64,000 nt of DNA from the IMG/VR virus record IMGVR_UViG_3300027734_000063; one strand, written 5' to 3'. The notes below the pieces were generated by a model that did no database searches, was not told where the DNA came from, and worked only from the letters and a program-made list of their open reading frames with translations. Below, one piece after another: positions 47,839-56,662 of the stretch. The stretch is from an uncultured virus (IMG/VR IMGVR_UViG_3300027734_000063). Its lineage: Duplodnaviria; Heunggongvirae; Uroviricota; Caudoviricetes. The translations under genes were made by a program, and so were the position numbers. Numbering within the stretch: the stretch's first letter is position 1; each line of letters begins with the position of its first letter.

Positions 47839-48264
47839 CTATTGGCTAAATCTGATAATGGCACTTGTTGCGTTTGCCGTTGGAAAAGTTATCGTAAAGG
47901 TGTTAGTTGTTGTTTTATCTGACCCAAAATCTAAAACAGCTACAGCGGCACTTGTCGTACTATTGTAGATTAAAGCACCCCTACAAGTAAAGGAAGCACC
48001 AGTCCAAGTGGATGGTGCAAACGATACATAAGCGGTCTGATCGCTACTAGCTGGAGGGATAACAACTAAGGTATTTCCACCTGCTGTATACCCTGTTCCC
48101 GTGATTTCATTGGTAGCTGAATATGTTAATGTTTCATAAGAAAGATTAGCGTTAGCGGTGTACAGAGCAATCTTGTAAACATAGGTTGTTCCTACTGCAA
48201 AGTTTTCTAATCCACTTAAGCAGTTCTTTTTAAAGACTGTGCATTGACCTTGCTGAATAGTCAT
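47839..48264 (-). CDS. putative virion structural protein
   Basis: KIALYT...GYTAGG...GALIYN...VLDFGSDK. Confidence 0.78.
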   Translation of the reverse strand: MTIQQGQCTVFKKNCLSGLENFAVGTTYVYKIALYTANANLSYETLTYSATNEITGTGYTAGGNTLVVIPPASSDQTAYVSFAPSTWTGASFTCRGALIYNSTTSAAVAVLDFGSDKTTTNTFTITFPTANATSAIIRFSQ

Positions 48265-49199
48265 TAGGAGCGCCTTCCGCTAACGTCTAATTTAAGCTGA
48301 CCATCACGATACGCATCGCCACGCTCAAGACCATCGCCAAGACGTTTGGCTTGTCCAACAGCCTCTTGGTACTTATCTTCGTAATATTTAATTAAATCTT
48401 GTTCGCCCTTCATAAAAAGCATGGCTTCCCGCATTGCACCATAGAACAAGATTGGGTCATAGTTATCACCAAGCCAGCTTGTGCCGTCATCGTTGGTAAC
48501 GTCAGACACAGTAATAGAGAATCCAGCACCAGTACCAGCGCCAATTGAAGCAGCTGAAATACTTAAGATGTCTCCAACAACATAGAAACTACCAGGATTG
48601 GTAATCGTAACTCCAGTAATAACTTGATTAACCACGGTAATCGTAGCCGTAGCTCCAGTTCCAGAGCCTCCAGTAAGGGCTACATTGCTGTATACGCCTG
48701 TGGTATATAGTGCGCCCCCTACCAGGGTTGTGTAAGTTGATACACCGCCTTGTACGATAGATGCTGGGTAGAAGAAGTAATGCAGTTCTACCGTGTAATT
48801 AGCATCTGGGGTTGGTCCCATAATGGCTGAAAGCTCATTAGAAAGCGTGTATTGTGGACCAAATAGTGCGTAATATTTAGGCAATCCGTTGTAAGCTGCG
48901 TTGGTATTTGGGTAAGCCTCACGAATAAAGTTAACATCTTTGTTAAGCAAGTAAGTGTAGTTATTGCTTGCATCTACTACTGCCAATGAATAAGTAGACA
49001 AAAAGTCTAATGGCAGAGAAAGATACTTGTTTCCAGATGTCAATGTACCAGTTACGTTTCTTCTTAAAGCAGGAAATTGCACCGTGTTATAGATGCGCTC
49101 CTCTGCTTGCATAACAAACGTAGGAATATTCTCCAAAAATAGCGATTCAGTATTCTCAGAATAGTCCTGTATTGCCTGGTACAACTGTACATAATTCAT
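48264..49199 (-). CDS. putative head-tail adaptor
   Basis: AIQDYSE...AEERIY; GLPKYY; GPTPDANYTVELHYF; T/G-rich insert. Confidence 0.65.
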   Translation of the reverse strand: MNYVQLYQAIQDYSENTESLFLENIPTFVMQAEERIYNTVQFPALRRNVTGTLTSGNKYLSLPLDFLSTYSLAVVDASNNYTYLLNKDVNFIREAYPNTNAAYNGLPKYYALFGPQYTLSNELSAIMGPTPDANYTVELHYFFYPASIVQGGVSTYTTLVGGALYTTGVYSNVALTGGSGTGATATITVVNQVITGVTITNPGSFYVVGDILSISAASIGAGTGAGFSITVSDVTNDDGTSWLGDNYDPILFYGAMREAMLFMKGEQDLIKYYEDKYQEAVGQAKRLGDGLERGDAYRDGQLKLDVSGRRS

Positions 49200-49201
49200 G
49201 T

Positions 49202-49537
49202 TTAGCCCATTTTGCCGCTAATTTTACGACCTTTGGTAGCAGCTCCATAACCACGCATTTCACCAACACCGCATTGGTTTTCTTTGGGGTAGTTGCCTTT
49301 GCTTACGCCACCTACAGAAATATTGTTTTTTTCTAAACCATTACCAGCCATAGCTACAGATTCATGCTCTGTGCCGTTTGGGTTAGGCATTGGTTGTTTG
49401 TAAATACCAATGTCTTTACCACCGCCAGATGGATATTTAAACCCTGTATAAGCACTAGCTGGTTTGTTTTCTTTGGCATGACCTAAAGCCATAAAACCGT
49501 TTTTGGTTTCTGTTTTTGGAAAATCGTTCTTAGCCAT
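49202..49537 (-). CDS. small basic Gly/Lys-rich protein
   Basis: MRGYGAATKG...MG C-terminus; AGAGG RBS. Confidence 0.75.
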   Translation of the reverse strand: MAKNDFPKTETKNGFMALGHAKENKPASAYTGFKYPSGGGKDIGIYKQPMPNPNGTEHESVAMAGNGLEKNNISVGGVSKGNYPKENQCGVGEMRGYGAATKGRKISGKMG

Positions 49538-49539
49538 AA

Positions 49540-49737
49540 TTATCGACCTCTTCCTGCTGATTTCTGGAGCATTGCACGAGCCATGTTACGACCTACAGCT
49601 CTAGCTTTCATGCCTGTAATGCCACCAGTTTTTTTGCCACCATGTTGAATTGGGGCGGTTGGACCGCTATCACCAAGGTTTGTACCCTTAGTTTTGCCTT
49701 TAGATTCAATACCGTTTGCGCCTTTTTTGAATGACAT
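49540..49737 (-). CDS. small basic protein
   Basis: GIESKGKTKG; AVGRNMARA; AGGAG RBS. Confidence 0.75.
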   Translation of the reverse strand: MSFKKGANGIESKGKTKGTNLGDSGPTAPIQHGGKKTGGITGMKARAVGRNMARAMLQKSAGRGR

Positions 49738-49747
49738 AATTAACTCC

Positions 49748-50176
49748 TTAAGTTACTGTTATCGTTACTGTACCGACTTGTCCTACTGCAATCAAGTAAT
49801 TTGGAGTTAAAACGCTATCAAATTGACTTGCACCGCCAACAGGACCCCAGCCCCATTGAAAGACTCTACTACCACCCTCTTGATAACCGTTTTGGCTTGT
49901 ACTAACACCGTTACCATTTTGGGTCTGTAAACCACTCTGTCCAGAAGCGTAATAACTAGTATCAGGTCTTGGCTCCCGTACTGCCTGGGGGTCATTAACT
50001 GGATACATACCCAATTGCAACTGAGGCTGATCTGGTTCCCAGCACTCTGGACATACTTTAATACTGACCTGCTTAGTTTTAATAGTCAGCTTTTTAAGCT
50101 GGACTAACTTAAACCGTTGACCACATCTGTCACATTCGGCAATTGAATACTTGCCAGAAGCAAAATTTGATGGCAT
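49748..50176 (-). CDS. Zn-ribbon protein
   Basis: CDRC...CPECW; DPQAVREPRPD. Confidence 0.8.
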   Translation of the reverse strand: MPSNFASGKYSIAECDRCGQRFKLVQLKKLTIKTKQVSIKVCPECWEPDQPQLQLGMYPVNDPQAVREPRPDTSYYASGQSGLQTQNGNGVSTSQNGYQEGGSRVFQWGWGPVGGASQFDSVLTPNYLIAVGQVGTVTITVT

Positions 50177-50179
50177 TAC

Positions 50180-51142
50180 TTACCTTGCATAAAACAGATT
50201 GCGAGGAACCCAGCGAACTGGAGCAGTTTCTCTATCTTCTTGCGCTGCAAGATCAAACTGTTCTTCGTAATCGCTTTTAAGGAACATTACCCGTTCTGAT
50301 GTCATTCCCTGCAATTTAACGCTTAAAAAGTAAGCTAAACCAGCTGCCATGCAGTTAATAAAGCGAAATGGCACATCTTGAATGTTTACGCCAGTACCAG
50401 CATCTTGCACCCTACGCATACGCCAGTAGACCAATGTGTATGGACCACCGCCTGAATCGGGGGTAGGCCAGAGATTTACGCATGGTAAATATTGGATGGT
50501 AATGTACTTGTAGTTTGGAGGAGTGCCAATTGTGTGAGCAGCTGCGGTAGTACCGTTTTGACCACGCCAGCAGTTAGTAAGCACGTTGCCTACTAAGTTT
50601 GTGTAAGCAATAGTTTCATTATCAATCTTAATAAAACCAGTAGACCTAATGTTTACTACCGACCCGTCAGTAGTAGCCAAAGTAATTGAGGTGTCTGTGG
50701 CGCTAATGTTAGCTGCCAAATAAATAGTATTTGACACATCATCGTTACCAGACTGGCGGTTGTAATAGACTTGTACAGGTCTGCCTGTGGTCAGTTTATT
50801 AGGAATAGTAGCGTAAGTAGACTCAGATATACGAGACAAATTAATGTCAGTTTGATTAGATGTACTTGCATTACTTGTCCGTGTTTCTAAATCTAAAATA
50901 TCAATAGTGTCAGCAGGAATGGCATAAACACCTTGACCAGTAACCAAAGGAATAGATACTTCTTCTACAGTCCAAAGGTTAATACCACGGTTAGCCCATT
51001 CAATGCTCATTAAATTTAAAGACCGTCTAGCAGTCTTTAAATCATATCCAGAACGCATCTGCGAACCACAGCGCTCAAACGCTTCCTCGACTAGCTCGGT
51101 AAGGTCTAGGTTAAATACTGTTGTTCCAGAAGTGTATGCCAT
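50180..51142 (-). CDS. putative head-tail adaptor (tail tubular A-like)
   Basis: EEAFERCG, ARRSLNL...WANRGINLW, GRP.Q, LWPTPD, AGLAY. Confidence 0.7.
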   Translation of the reverse strand: MAYTSGTTVFNLDLTELVEEAFERCGSQMRSGYDLKTARRSLNLMSIEWANRGINLWTVEEVSIPLVTGQGVYAIPADTIDILDLETRTSNASTSNQTDINLSRISESTYATIPNKLTTGRPVQVYYNRQSGNDDVSNTIYLAANISATDTSITLATTDGSVVNIRSTGFIKIDNETIAYTNLVGNVLTNCWRGQNGTTAAAHTIGTPPNYKYITIQYLPCVNLWPTPDSGGGPYTLVYWRMRRVQDAGTGVNIQDVPFRFINCMAAGLAYFLSVKLQGMTSERVMFLKSDYEEQFDLAAQEDRETAPVRWVPRNLFYAR

Positions 51143-51504
51143 TATTTTTTCGCAGTTTTAGCAGATTTAATAAAGTCCGCTTTAGTAGGCGCACCTTTAG
51201 ACCCAGGCTTACGCATCTTTTCACCAGAGCCAGCTTTAATACGAGCTTGCTTTTTATGAATATTTTCATACAAACCACCCTTGGCAAACATATCGGCAGC
51301 GGTTAATTTTCCTGGTTTAGCTAACATTCCTTTAACAATAGGAGCCATGCTTCCAGGCACTTTGGATACTTGGATAGGGCCAGAGTGTTTAATCTTTCCA
51401 CCTTTGGCAAATTGAGTAAAGTCGGTATCATCCCTACGGGCTTTTTTAATTCCCTTAGGCATTTTGGAAGGGGATATATCACCCATACCACGAGAAGCTC
51501 TCAT
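51142..51504 (-). CDS. small basic protein with FAKGG motifs
   Basis: MRASRGMG; two FAKGG; GLYENIHKK...KMRKPGSKGAP. Confidence 0.78.
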   Translation of the reverse strand: MRASRGMGDISPSKMPKGIKKARRDDTDFTQFAKGGKIKHSGPIQVSKVPGSMAPIVKGMLAKPGKLTAADMFAKGGLYENIHKKQARIKAGSGEKMRKPGSKGAPTKADFIKSAKTAKK

Positions 51505-51917
51505 ATCATTCTTCCTCTTGTTTTGCCTTTAACACAACATCCATCAGCTCTTTTAGAGGCAGCAGATACTTTGCCACCTTTTTTGTATGTTGGGTCTGGT
51601 TTATTACCAATACCTTTCATAAATTTCATGTCTGTAGCGCCACCTGCTCCACCGCCACTACCGCCACCGCTAGGTTTAGGTAGTCTGCCCATATCTTGCA
51701 GTCTTTCGGCATAAGTGCGTGGGCTTTCAGCTTTAACTTTTGCTCTTTGCTCTTCTGCCATTTTATGTGCATCAGCTTTGGCTTTTTCGTTTTCTTGTTT
51801 CACTTTTTCCGCTGCTTTATCGTAATCGCTAAGACCAAACTTTTCCTTGGGAGGAGTATATTTCTCGTTCCCATTACCGCCAGCTTTTTTAGAAGGATCT
51901 ATAGGATCAATTGGCAT
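51501..51917 (-). CDS. small basic protein
   Basis: YKKGG; RADGCCVKGKTRG. Confidence 0.78.
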   Translation of the reverse strand: MPIDPIDPSKKAGGNGNEKYTPPKEKFGLSDYDKAAEKVKQENEKAKADAHKMAEEQRAKVKAESPRTYAERLQDMGRLPKPSGGGSGGGAGGATDMKFMKGIGNKPDPTYKKGGKVSAASKRADGCCVKGKTRGRMI

Positions 51918-52538
51918 TTAGCACATTCCACCAGATCTCATTTTAACTTGCTTACCTTTAGTAAGACCTTTTACAGCACATCCATTAGCTGATTTATGAC
52001 CAGCTGCTAAACCGCCAGATGCCATCTTAATTATTTTAGCGCCATGTTTAGCTTGCTTTTGAACAGGATGATCGCCTTTAGGAGGAGTGCGACCACCACT
52101 TTTCATGCCCATGCCCATAGGGGCAGTAGGAGGAGCCATAGGAGCAGCCATAGGCGGTTTCATAGCTGGAGCAGCTGGAGTGCGCATAGCACGAGCAGCC
52201 ATCATTGCCATTGCTGGGTTTACTGATTTCTTTTTCATATCCATACCACCTTTAGCTAGTTTTAAAGTTGTGCCTTTACCGCCTTTATGCTCTTGCATAT
52301 CGTGCTGTCTAAAAGCTTTTTGAATCATTGCCTTATCTTGGGCTTTGTCCATTTTCATTTCTGATTTCTCAGAGTGCATTTCTTTTTTAGCCATTCCACC
52401 ACTCCTAAATTTTTTGCCCTTATCGGCATCGTTAAACTCTTTACCCACGGATTGTGGAATACCTACTTTTTTAGCAAATGCCTTGTTATGGGCAACTGCT
52501 GCCATCAAATTGTGTTGCGCTTTAGATTTGCTTGGCAT
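51918..52538 (-). CDS. basic Met/Lys-rich protein with five xxxGG motifs
   Basis: MPSKSKAQHNLMAAVAHN; FRSGG, LAKGG, MKSGG, MASGG, MRSGG. Confidence 0.78.
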   Translation of the reverse strand: MPSKSKAQHNLMAAVAHNKAFAKKVGIPQSVGKEFNDADKGKKFRSGGMAKKEMHSEKSEMKMDKAQDKAMIQKAFRQHDMQEHKGGKGTTLKLAKGGMDMKKKSVNPAMAMMAARAMRTPAAPAMKPPMAAPMAPPTAPMGMGMKSGGRTPPKGDHPVQKQAKHGAKIIKMASGGLAAGHKSANGCAVKGLTKGKQVKMRSGGMC

Positions 52539-52541
52539 TAT

Positions 52542-52784
52542 TTACTTTTGAATAAGCTGGTCAATTTTGCCTTCAAGTTTGTTAAACCTTGAATCAATGT
52601 GTTCCATAATGCGATCAACTTCTGCTTTAGTAACGTTATCACGGGCTACCTCTTCTCTTGTTTTGTTTAACAAAATACCAATACGACCAAGTTCTGCAAA
52701 CTTCTCGTGCATGATGTATCCAATTACTGCCATAAAAATGGTTAATCCACCAGTCCAAAGTTCCATCATATTTAGCATTTCCAC
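52542..52784 (-). CDS. membrane-anchored coiled-coil protein
   Basis: N-terminal TM; ILLNKTREEVAR; start may be 52769. Confidence 0.72.
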   Translation of the reverse strand: MEMLNMMELWTGGLTIFMAVIGYIMHEKFAELGRIGILLNKTREEVARDNVTKAEVDRIMEHIDSRFNKLEGKIDQLIQK

Positions 52785-53029
52785 CTCGCTAAAGAGGCAG
52801 CCTTTCTGGTGGGTCTGCCTTTTTCATCCTTCATTGGACCTGGCATCCCAGACATACGAGCGCAAAATGATTTCTTTCTAGATCCGCCTTCAGGCTGTGG
52901 AGCCTTTAGATTCGAGCCAGTAGCTGCATTATATTTAGCACGACCTTTGGCGGTAAGCCCAGCACCCTTAGATACAGGCAACTTTTCACCACGACCAATA
53001 GATAAAGAAGGGGTCTTTTTACTAGCCAT
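52772..53029 (-). CDS. small basic protein (DUF6321-like)
   Basis: GLTAKGR...NLKAP...RKKSFCARM...WKC. Confidence 0.78.
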   Translation of the reverse strand: MASKKTPSLSIGRGEKLPVSKGAGLTAKGRAKYNAATGSNLKAPQPEGGSRKKSFCARMSGMPGPMKDEKGRPTRKAASLARWKC

Positions 53030-53516
53030 AGTACACCGTTGCAGTTACAGAAGATCCACATCCTACAAAAATACCATTAGGGCAAAAAATACCTTCACCT
53101 GGAATTAAAATAGGTAGACCAACTGAATTAAAAGTATCAATTTCTAGAGCAATACTGCTATACGCTGTGACATTACCGCTTGCTGAGGCAGTTACTCCAG
53201 TATCTACGCAAGTAAACGTATCGTCACCTGTTACTGTAACTGCGTATGTGCCATCCCGTGCAGTGCCAGTTGTAAAGTCTAAAAATACTCGTTGCCCAGT
53301 AACAAAACCATGATTAACTATAGTTACTGTAATCGTAGCGCTAGGGCTTACCCGTGCGTATGTACCAGACTCTTGAACAGTTGGATCGCATACGGCAGTA
53401 TTTCTTATGGATACAGTCCCGCTGGTTACCGTAATAGACTTTAATCTTACAGGTAGCTGTGTTACAAGCAGCCCAGTATTTTGTGCATGGGCAGATTTAA
53501 CGTCATATTGTTGCAT
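53022..53516 (-). CDS. putative capsid decoration/spike protein (paralog A)
   Basis: QYDVKS...HG..G..V...IPGEGI...YG. Confidence 0.72.
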   Translation of the reverse strand: MQQYDVKSAHAQNTGLLVTQLPVRLKSITVTSGTVSIRNTAVCDPTVQESGTYARVSPSATITVTIVNHGFVTGQRVFLDFTTGTARDGTYAVTVTGDDTFTCVDTGVTASASGNVTAYSSIALEIDTFNSVGLPILIPGEGIFCPNGIFVGCGSSVTATVYYG

Positions 53517-53525
53517 AATCTATTC

Positions 53526-54014
53526 CTATCCGTAGAAAATAGTCGTAGTTACAACAGAATCTGGCAACAAACAGAATAATCCTTCTGTTGCAAGAATACC
53601 TTCACCTGGAATTAACGTGTAAAACGATGTACCTGAAGAACAATCTATTTCGGTCAGAATTTTAGGATACATTGTTACGTTACCGCTTGTAGTTAAACTT
53701 GCTGTAGTTACAGTAAATGTATTAGTTGATACGTTTGCCACAGTAAAACAGTCGTCTACTGCTGACCCACTAGTAAAGTTTAAACCTACTCTAGCGCCAT
53801 TTGACAGTCCATGACTAGCAATAGTCACTGTGCAGACTGTTGATCCTGGAATATTGTACGTTCCAGTTAAAGCACCAGCAGTATCAAGTACAGCAGTGTT
53901 ATAGGTTGTAGCCGTAGTTGGGGATGTAACCACACCTTTTAAACGTGTACGAGCGCCATACGCAAGCGATGAGCTTGATGCGTGAAACGACTTTACGTCA
54001 TATTGCATACCCAT
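53526..54014 (-). CDS. putative capsid decoration/spike protein (paralog B)
   Basis: QYDVKS...HGLSNG...IPGEGI...FYG; tandem paralog of 53022-53516. Confidence 0.72.
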   Translation of the reverse strand: MGMQYDVKSFHASSSSLAYGARTRLKGVVTSPTTATTYNTAVLDTAGALTGTYNIPGSTVCTVTIASHGLSNGARVGLNFTSGSAVDDCFTVANVSTNTFTVTTASLTTSGNVTMYPKILTEIDCSSGTSFYTLIPGEGILATEGLFCLLPDSVVTTTIFYG

Positions 54015-54036
54015 AATTAATCTCCAAAAGTTAAGA

Positions 54037-54060
54037 TGAGTTAGGGTTTTCCCTAACTCA
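54037..54060 (-). terminator. 10-bp hairpin (terminator or processing site)
   Basis: TGAGTTAGGG-TTTT-CCCTAACTCA; weak U-tract. Confidence 0.5.
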
Positions 54061-54069
54061 CGAGATTAA

Positions 54070-54492
54070 TTAAGCATCGCCAGCTAGTGCGCTAGTAATA
54101 GCAAGCCAAGGAGCTGATTGATTGCCATTTCCAGCCCATTGAACTACTGAATTAACAGCAACGTTACAGCCAGCAGCGTTTTCGTTTACTGGTTGTGTGC
54201 CGTATCCTTTCAGGATATGAACCAAAGTAGGGTCTTGGTTATATACCTGACCACCAATACCGTTGTAATTAGCGTCAGCTGGGTAGTAACCAACAGCAAA
54301 AGTTCCGCTAGTAACTTCTGGAAGTACCAAAGTAACCACGCCAGCAGGACCACCTTGGGCTGTAGCTAAGATTACATAAGATCCACCAGCATCAATGTTA
54401 ATTGGAGAAACATCAGCAGAAGTGATGTATTGAATTGGAGTTGCAAAACCGTTCAGCGATCTGACGGGGCCTGTAAAGGTGGTATATGCCAT
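54070..54492 (-). CDS. putative capsid fibre/decoration protein
   Basis: MAYTTFTGPVRSLNGF; AAGGA RBS at 54502-54506. Confidence 0.75.
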   Translation of the reverse strand: MAYTTFTGPVRSLNGFATPIQYITSADVSPINIDAGGSYVILATAQGGPAGVVTLVLPEVTSGTFAVGYYPADANYNGIGGQVYNQDPTLVHILKGYGTQPVNENAAGCNVAVNSVVQWAGNGNQSAPWLAITSALAGDA

Positions 54493-54501
54493 GATAAATT
54501 T

Positions 54502-54577
54502 TCCTTCATACAAAGTTCAGCTTATTAGTCTTGTATGCGTCTGCTGGGGCAGTCTAATAAGCGGGTAACACCCAGAT
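54502..54577 (-). ncRNA. double-pseudoknot RNA element, likely Mu-gpT-DE-like
   Basis: Three interleaved helices CTGGG/CCCAG, GCTTATTAG/CTAATAAGC, CATACAA/TTGTATG downstream of a Mu-gpT-type capsid gene. Confidence 0.65.
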
Positions 54578-54599
54578 ACAATAATCTTACTACAAATAA

Positions 54600-54631
54600 A
54601 TAAAAAAAGGGGAGTTTTTAGCTCCCCTTTT
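54600..54631 (-). terminator. intrinsic terminator after capsid gene
   Basis: AAAAGGGGAG-CTAAAAA-CTCCCCTTTT plus T-tract. Confidence 0.85.
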
Positions 54632-54640
54632 CCAGACACA

Positions 54641-55549
54641 TTAAGCGCCTTGTGATCCCCACATTCCGAGTGGATCAGACCAGCCAAAGCTATAACGTTC
54701 ACGAGACTTGTAACGGACGTTACCAGTATCGAAGTCGCCATCCATGCCAGTACTCAAAGGAGTACGGACAAAGTGCTTCATGCCGTTAGGTACATCAGTT
54801 GTCAAGAACCAAGCATTGGTGTCGGTCAAGAAGTGGTTAATTGTGTAACCATCTGGAATCGAACCATTGTTCTTAATTGCGTTGATGTCGTTATCAGCTG
54901 TACCAACACGCAATTCAGTTTCGAGCAAACGAGTTGCAACGAACTGTAGTGCAGGTGGAACAACCAACTTCTTAGGTTTAGCAGCAATTAACAATGAACG
55001 CTCGTCTGTCCACAGAGAGATTTGAATAACAGCGGCTTCCAAAGAAGTCTCATTCAAGTCAGCTGGGGTTGTAGGAATGTTACTGTTAGTGCCACCAGAA
55101 ACCAATGGGTGGTCATTAGCAAACAATGCAACACCGTCACCACCTGGGTAGGAAGCGGAGAAGCCATTGTTCAATACAGAAGCAGCACGAACTTGCTTTG
55201 TATACGCCATGGAACGAGCTAACGCCTTGGTATAACGAGCACTTAAGCTGTCATACAAGTTGTCCTCAATTGCCTCTTCCGTTAGGGAGAAGCCCTGAGC
55301 AATCGTTACGTGTGTATAGCGAGCTGTCCAAGCCTCTTGACCGTTGTCATAAGCAATTGCGGAGCCTTCGTTTTTAACTGGGGCAGCACTAAAGCCTGAC
55401 AATTTGGTCTCTTCTTCGAAAGAACGCTCAGAGGTCTCTGTTTCATAGATCTCTTTGTGCTCTTGTCCATATGTTGCGTACTCAAGTCCGAACAATGCGT
55501 TCAATCCTGGGAGCAACTCTTTCAGTAGTTGTGCTCTTGAAATAGCCAT
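54641..55549 (-). CDS. major capsid protein (Mu gpT-like family)
   Basis: MAISRAQLLKELLPGLNALFG, EEAIEDNLY, LVVPPAL, RERYSFGWSD; AGGAG RBS; terminator downstream. Confidence 0.9.
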   Translation of the reverse strand: MAISRAQLLKELLPGLNALFGLEYATYGQEHKEIYETETSERSFEEETKLSGFSAAPVKNEGSAIAYDNGQEAWTARYTHVTIAQGFSLTEEAIEDNLYDSLSARYTKALARSMAYTKQVRAASVLNNGFSASYPGGDGVALFANDHPLVSGGTNSNIPTTPADLNETSLEAAVIQISLWTDERSLLIAAKPKKLVVPPALQFVATRLLETELRVGTADNDINAIKNNGSIPDGYTINHFLTDTNAWFLTTDVPNGMKHFVRTPLSTGMDGDFDTGNVRYKSRERYSFGWSDPLGMWGSQGA

Positions 55550-55562
55550 TTTTTAGCTCCTA

Positions 55563-56186
55563 TTAAGCAACATAATTCAAGCCAGTGGCTCGAAGAATTT
55601 GCGGATTGTTTAACTTAACTACGACCTCTACATAACCTGCAGTAGTTTCAGTCCCTGGAACAGTTTCAACAACACGAACAGGTAATGTTGCTGCGCTACC
55701 TGCGGCATTACTAGCAACAAGAACACCTGCGCCAGAGTTACCAGTAGTTGTATCACCAGTGCCTTGGTCAATTGCCATGTTTACACCAACAATGCTTTGG
55801 TTAACAGTAGTAACAACGCTGTTTGCGTATACGACAGCAACTTTAAAAGCAGCCATAGGATCGTCAACTACATAAGCAATAGCGCTAGTAGCAGCAGCAT
55901 TGCCAGGATAGTATTGAGCTTGAACTGTTTGACTTTGACCATTTACATACTGGCAGCCCATAAATACACCATAAGTGTAGTTAGCAGCTGAAGTTGTAGA
56001 GTCGTTTGTAACGCCTGATACTGCAATAGTGCCACCTGCAACTAAAGCCACAATGTCCCCGTAGAAAATTGGAGTGTTATAAGTACTCGCAATTGGCAAC
56101 TGACGGGTTGCACCAGCGTAGGGTTTACCATCTACACTGTTGATTGGGCGAAAGCCATAGGGAGCATTAACGGTTGGATAAGCCAT
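55563..56186 (-). CDS. putative capsid cement/minor head protein
   Basis: APYGFRP, IFYGD, GVFMGC, YVVDDP; directly upstream of MCP. Confidence 0.7.
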   Translation of the reverse strand: MAYPTVNAPYGFRPINSVDGKPYAGATRQLPIASTYNTPIFYGDIVALVAGGTIAVSGVTNDSTTSAANYTYGVFMGCQYVNGQSQTVQAQYYPGNAAATSAIAYVVDDPMAAFKVAVVYANSVVTTVNQSIVGVNMAIDQGTGDTTTGNSGAGVLVASNAAGSAATLPVRVVETVPGTETTAGYVEVVVKLNNPQILRATGLNYVA

Positions 56187-56211
56187 TTGAATCTCCTAAA
56201 ATTAAAAAAAA

Positions 56212-56661
56212 TTAACCACCTTTGCCAAAACTATTTGTCGTCTTTCTCTCATTAAAGAGAGGCATACGAGGATCGTTTTGACGCATGAGCGTGTTGTCTA
56301 CTGCTTCCATTTGTTGGTCGCTTTGGATTTTGTAATATTCATTACGCTGCCGAACGAGCTCTTTTGGAGTTTTGCATAACAACAAGCCACCAATCTCAAT
56401 ATTGTCTCTAAAACGACTATTGGGATCGATTAATAGCTGAAACTTAGGCTGTTCCTCAGCCTTAACGGGTTCCCATCCTTCTCTGAGTTTGGCAGAGAGA
56501 TTGCGGGGATCCGCATTGTTTAAAGTAGATACCCTGATCCAACGATACGCATAACCTTCCTGCTTATCTGGTTCTGGCAACAACTCTGGTGGTTTCCATG
56601 CTTCTGGTCGCACTGATTGTTGACGAGTTTCTATTTCACGAGGTTTTCTGTTTTCAGCCAT
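56212..56661 (-). CDS. conserved head-module protein
   Basis: GYAYRWIR, REGWEPV, GGLLLCK. Confidence 0.8.
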   Translation of the reverse strand: MAENRKPREIETRQQSVRPEAWKPPELLPEPDKQEGYAYRWIRVSTLNNADPRNLSAKLREGWEPVKAEEQPKFQLLIDPNSRFRDNIEIGGLLLCKTPKELVRQRNEYYKIQSDQQMEAVDNTLMRQNDPRMPLFNERKTTNSFGKGG

Positions 56662-56662
56662 T

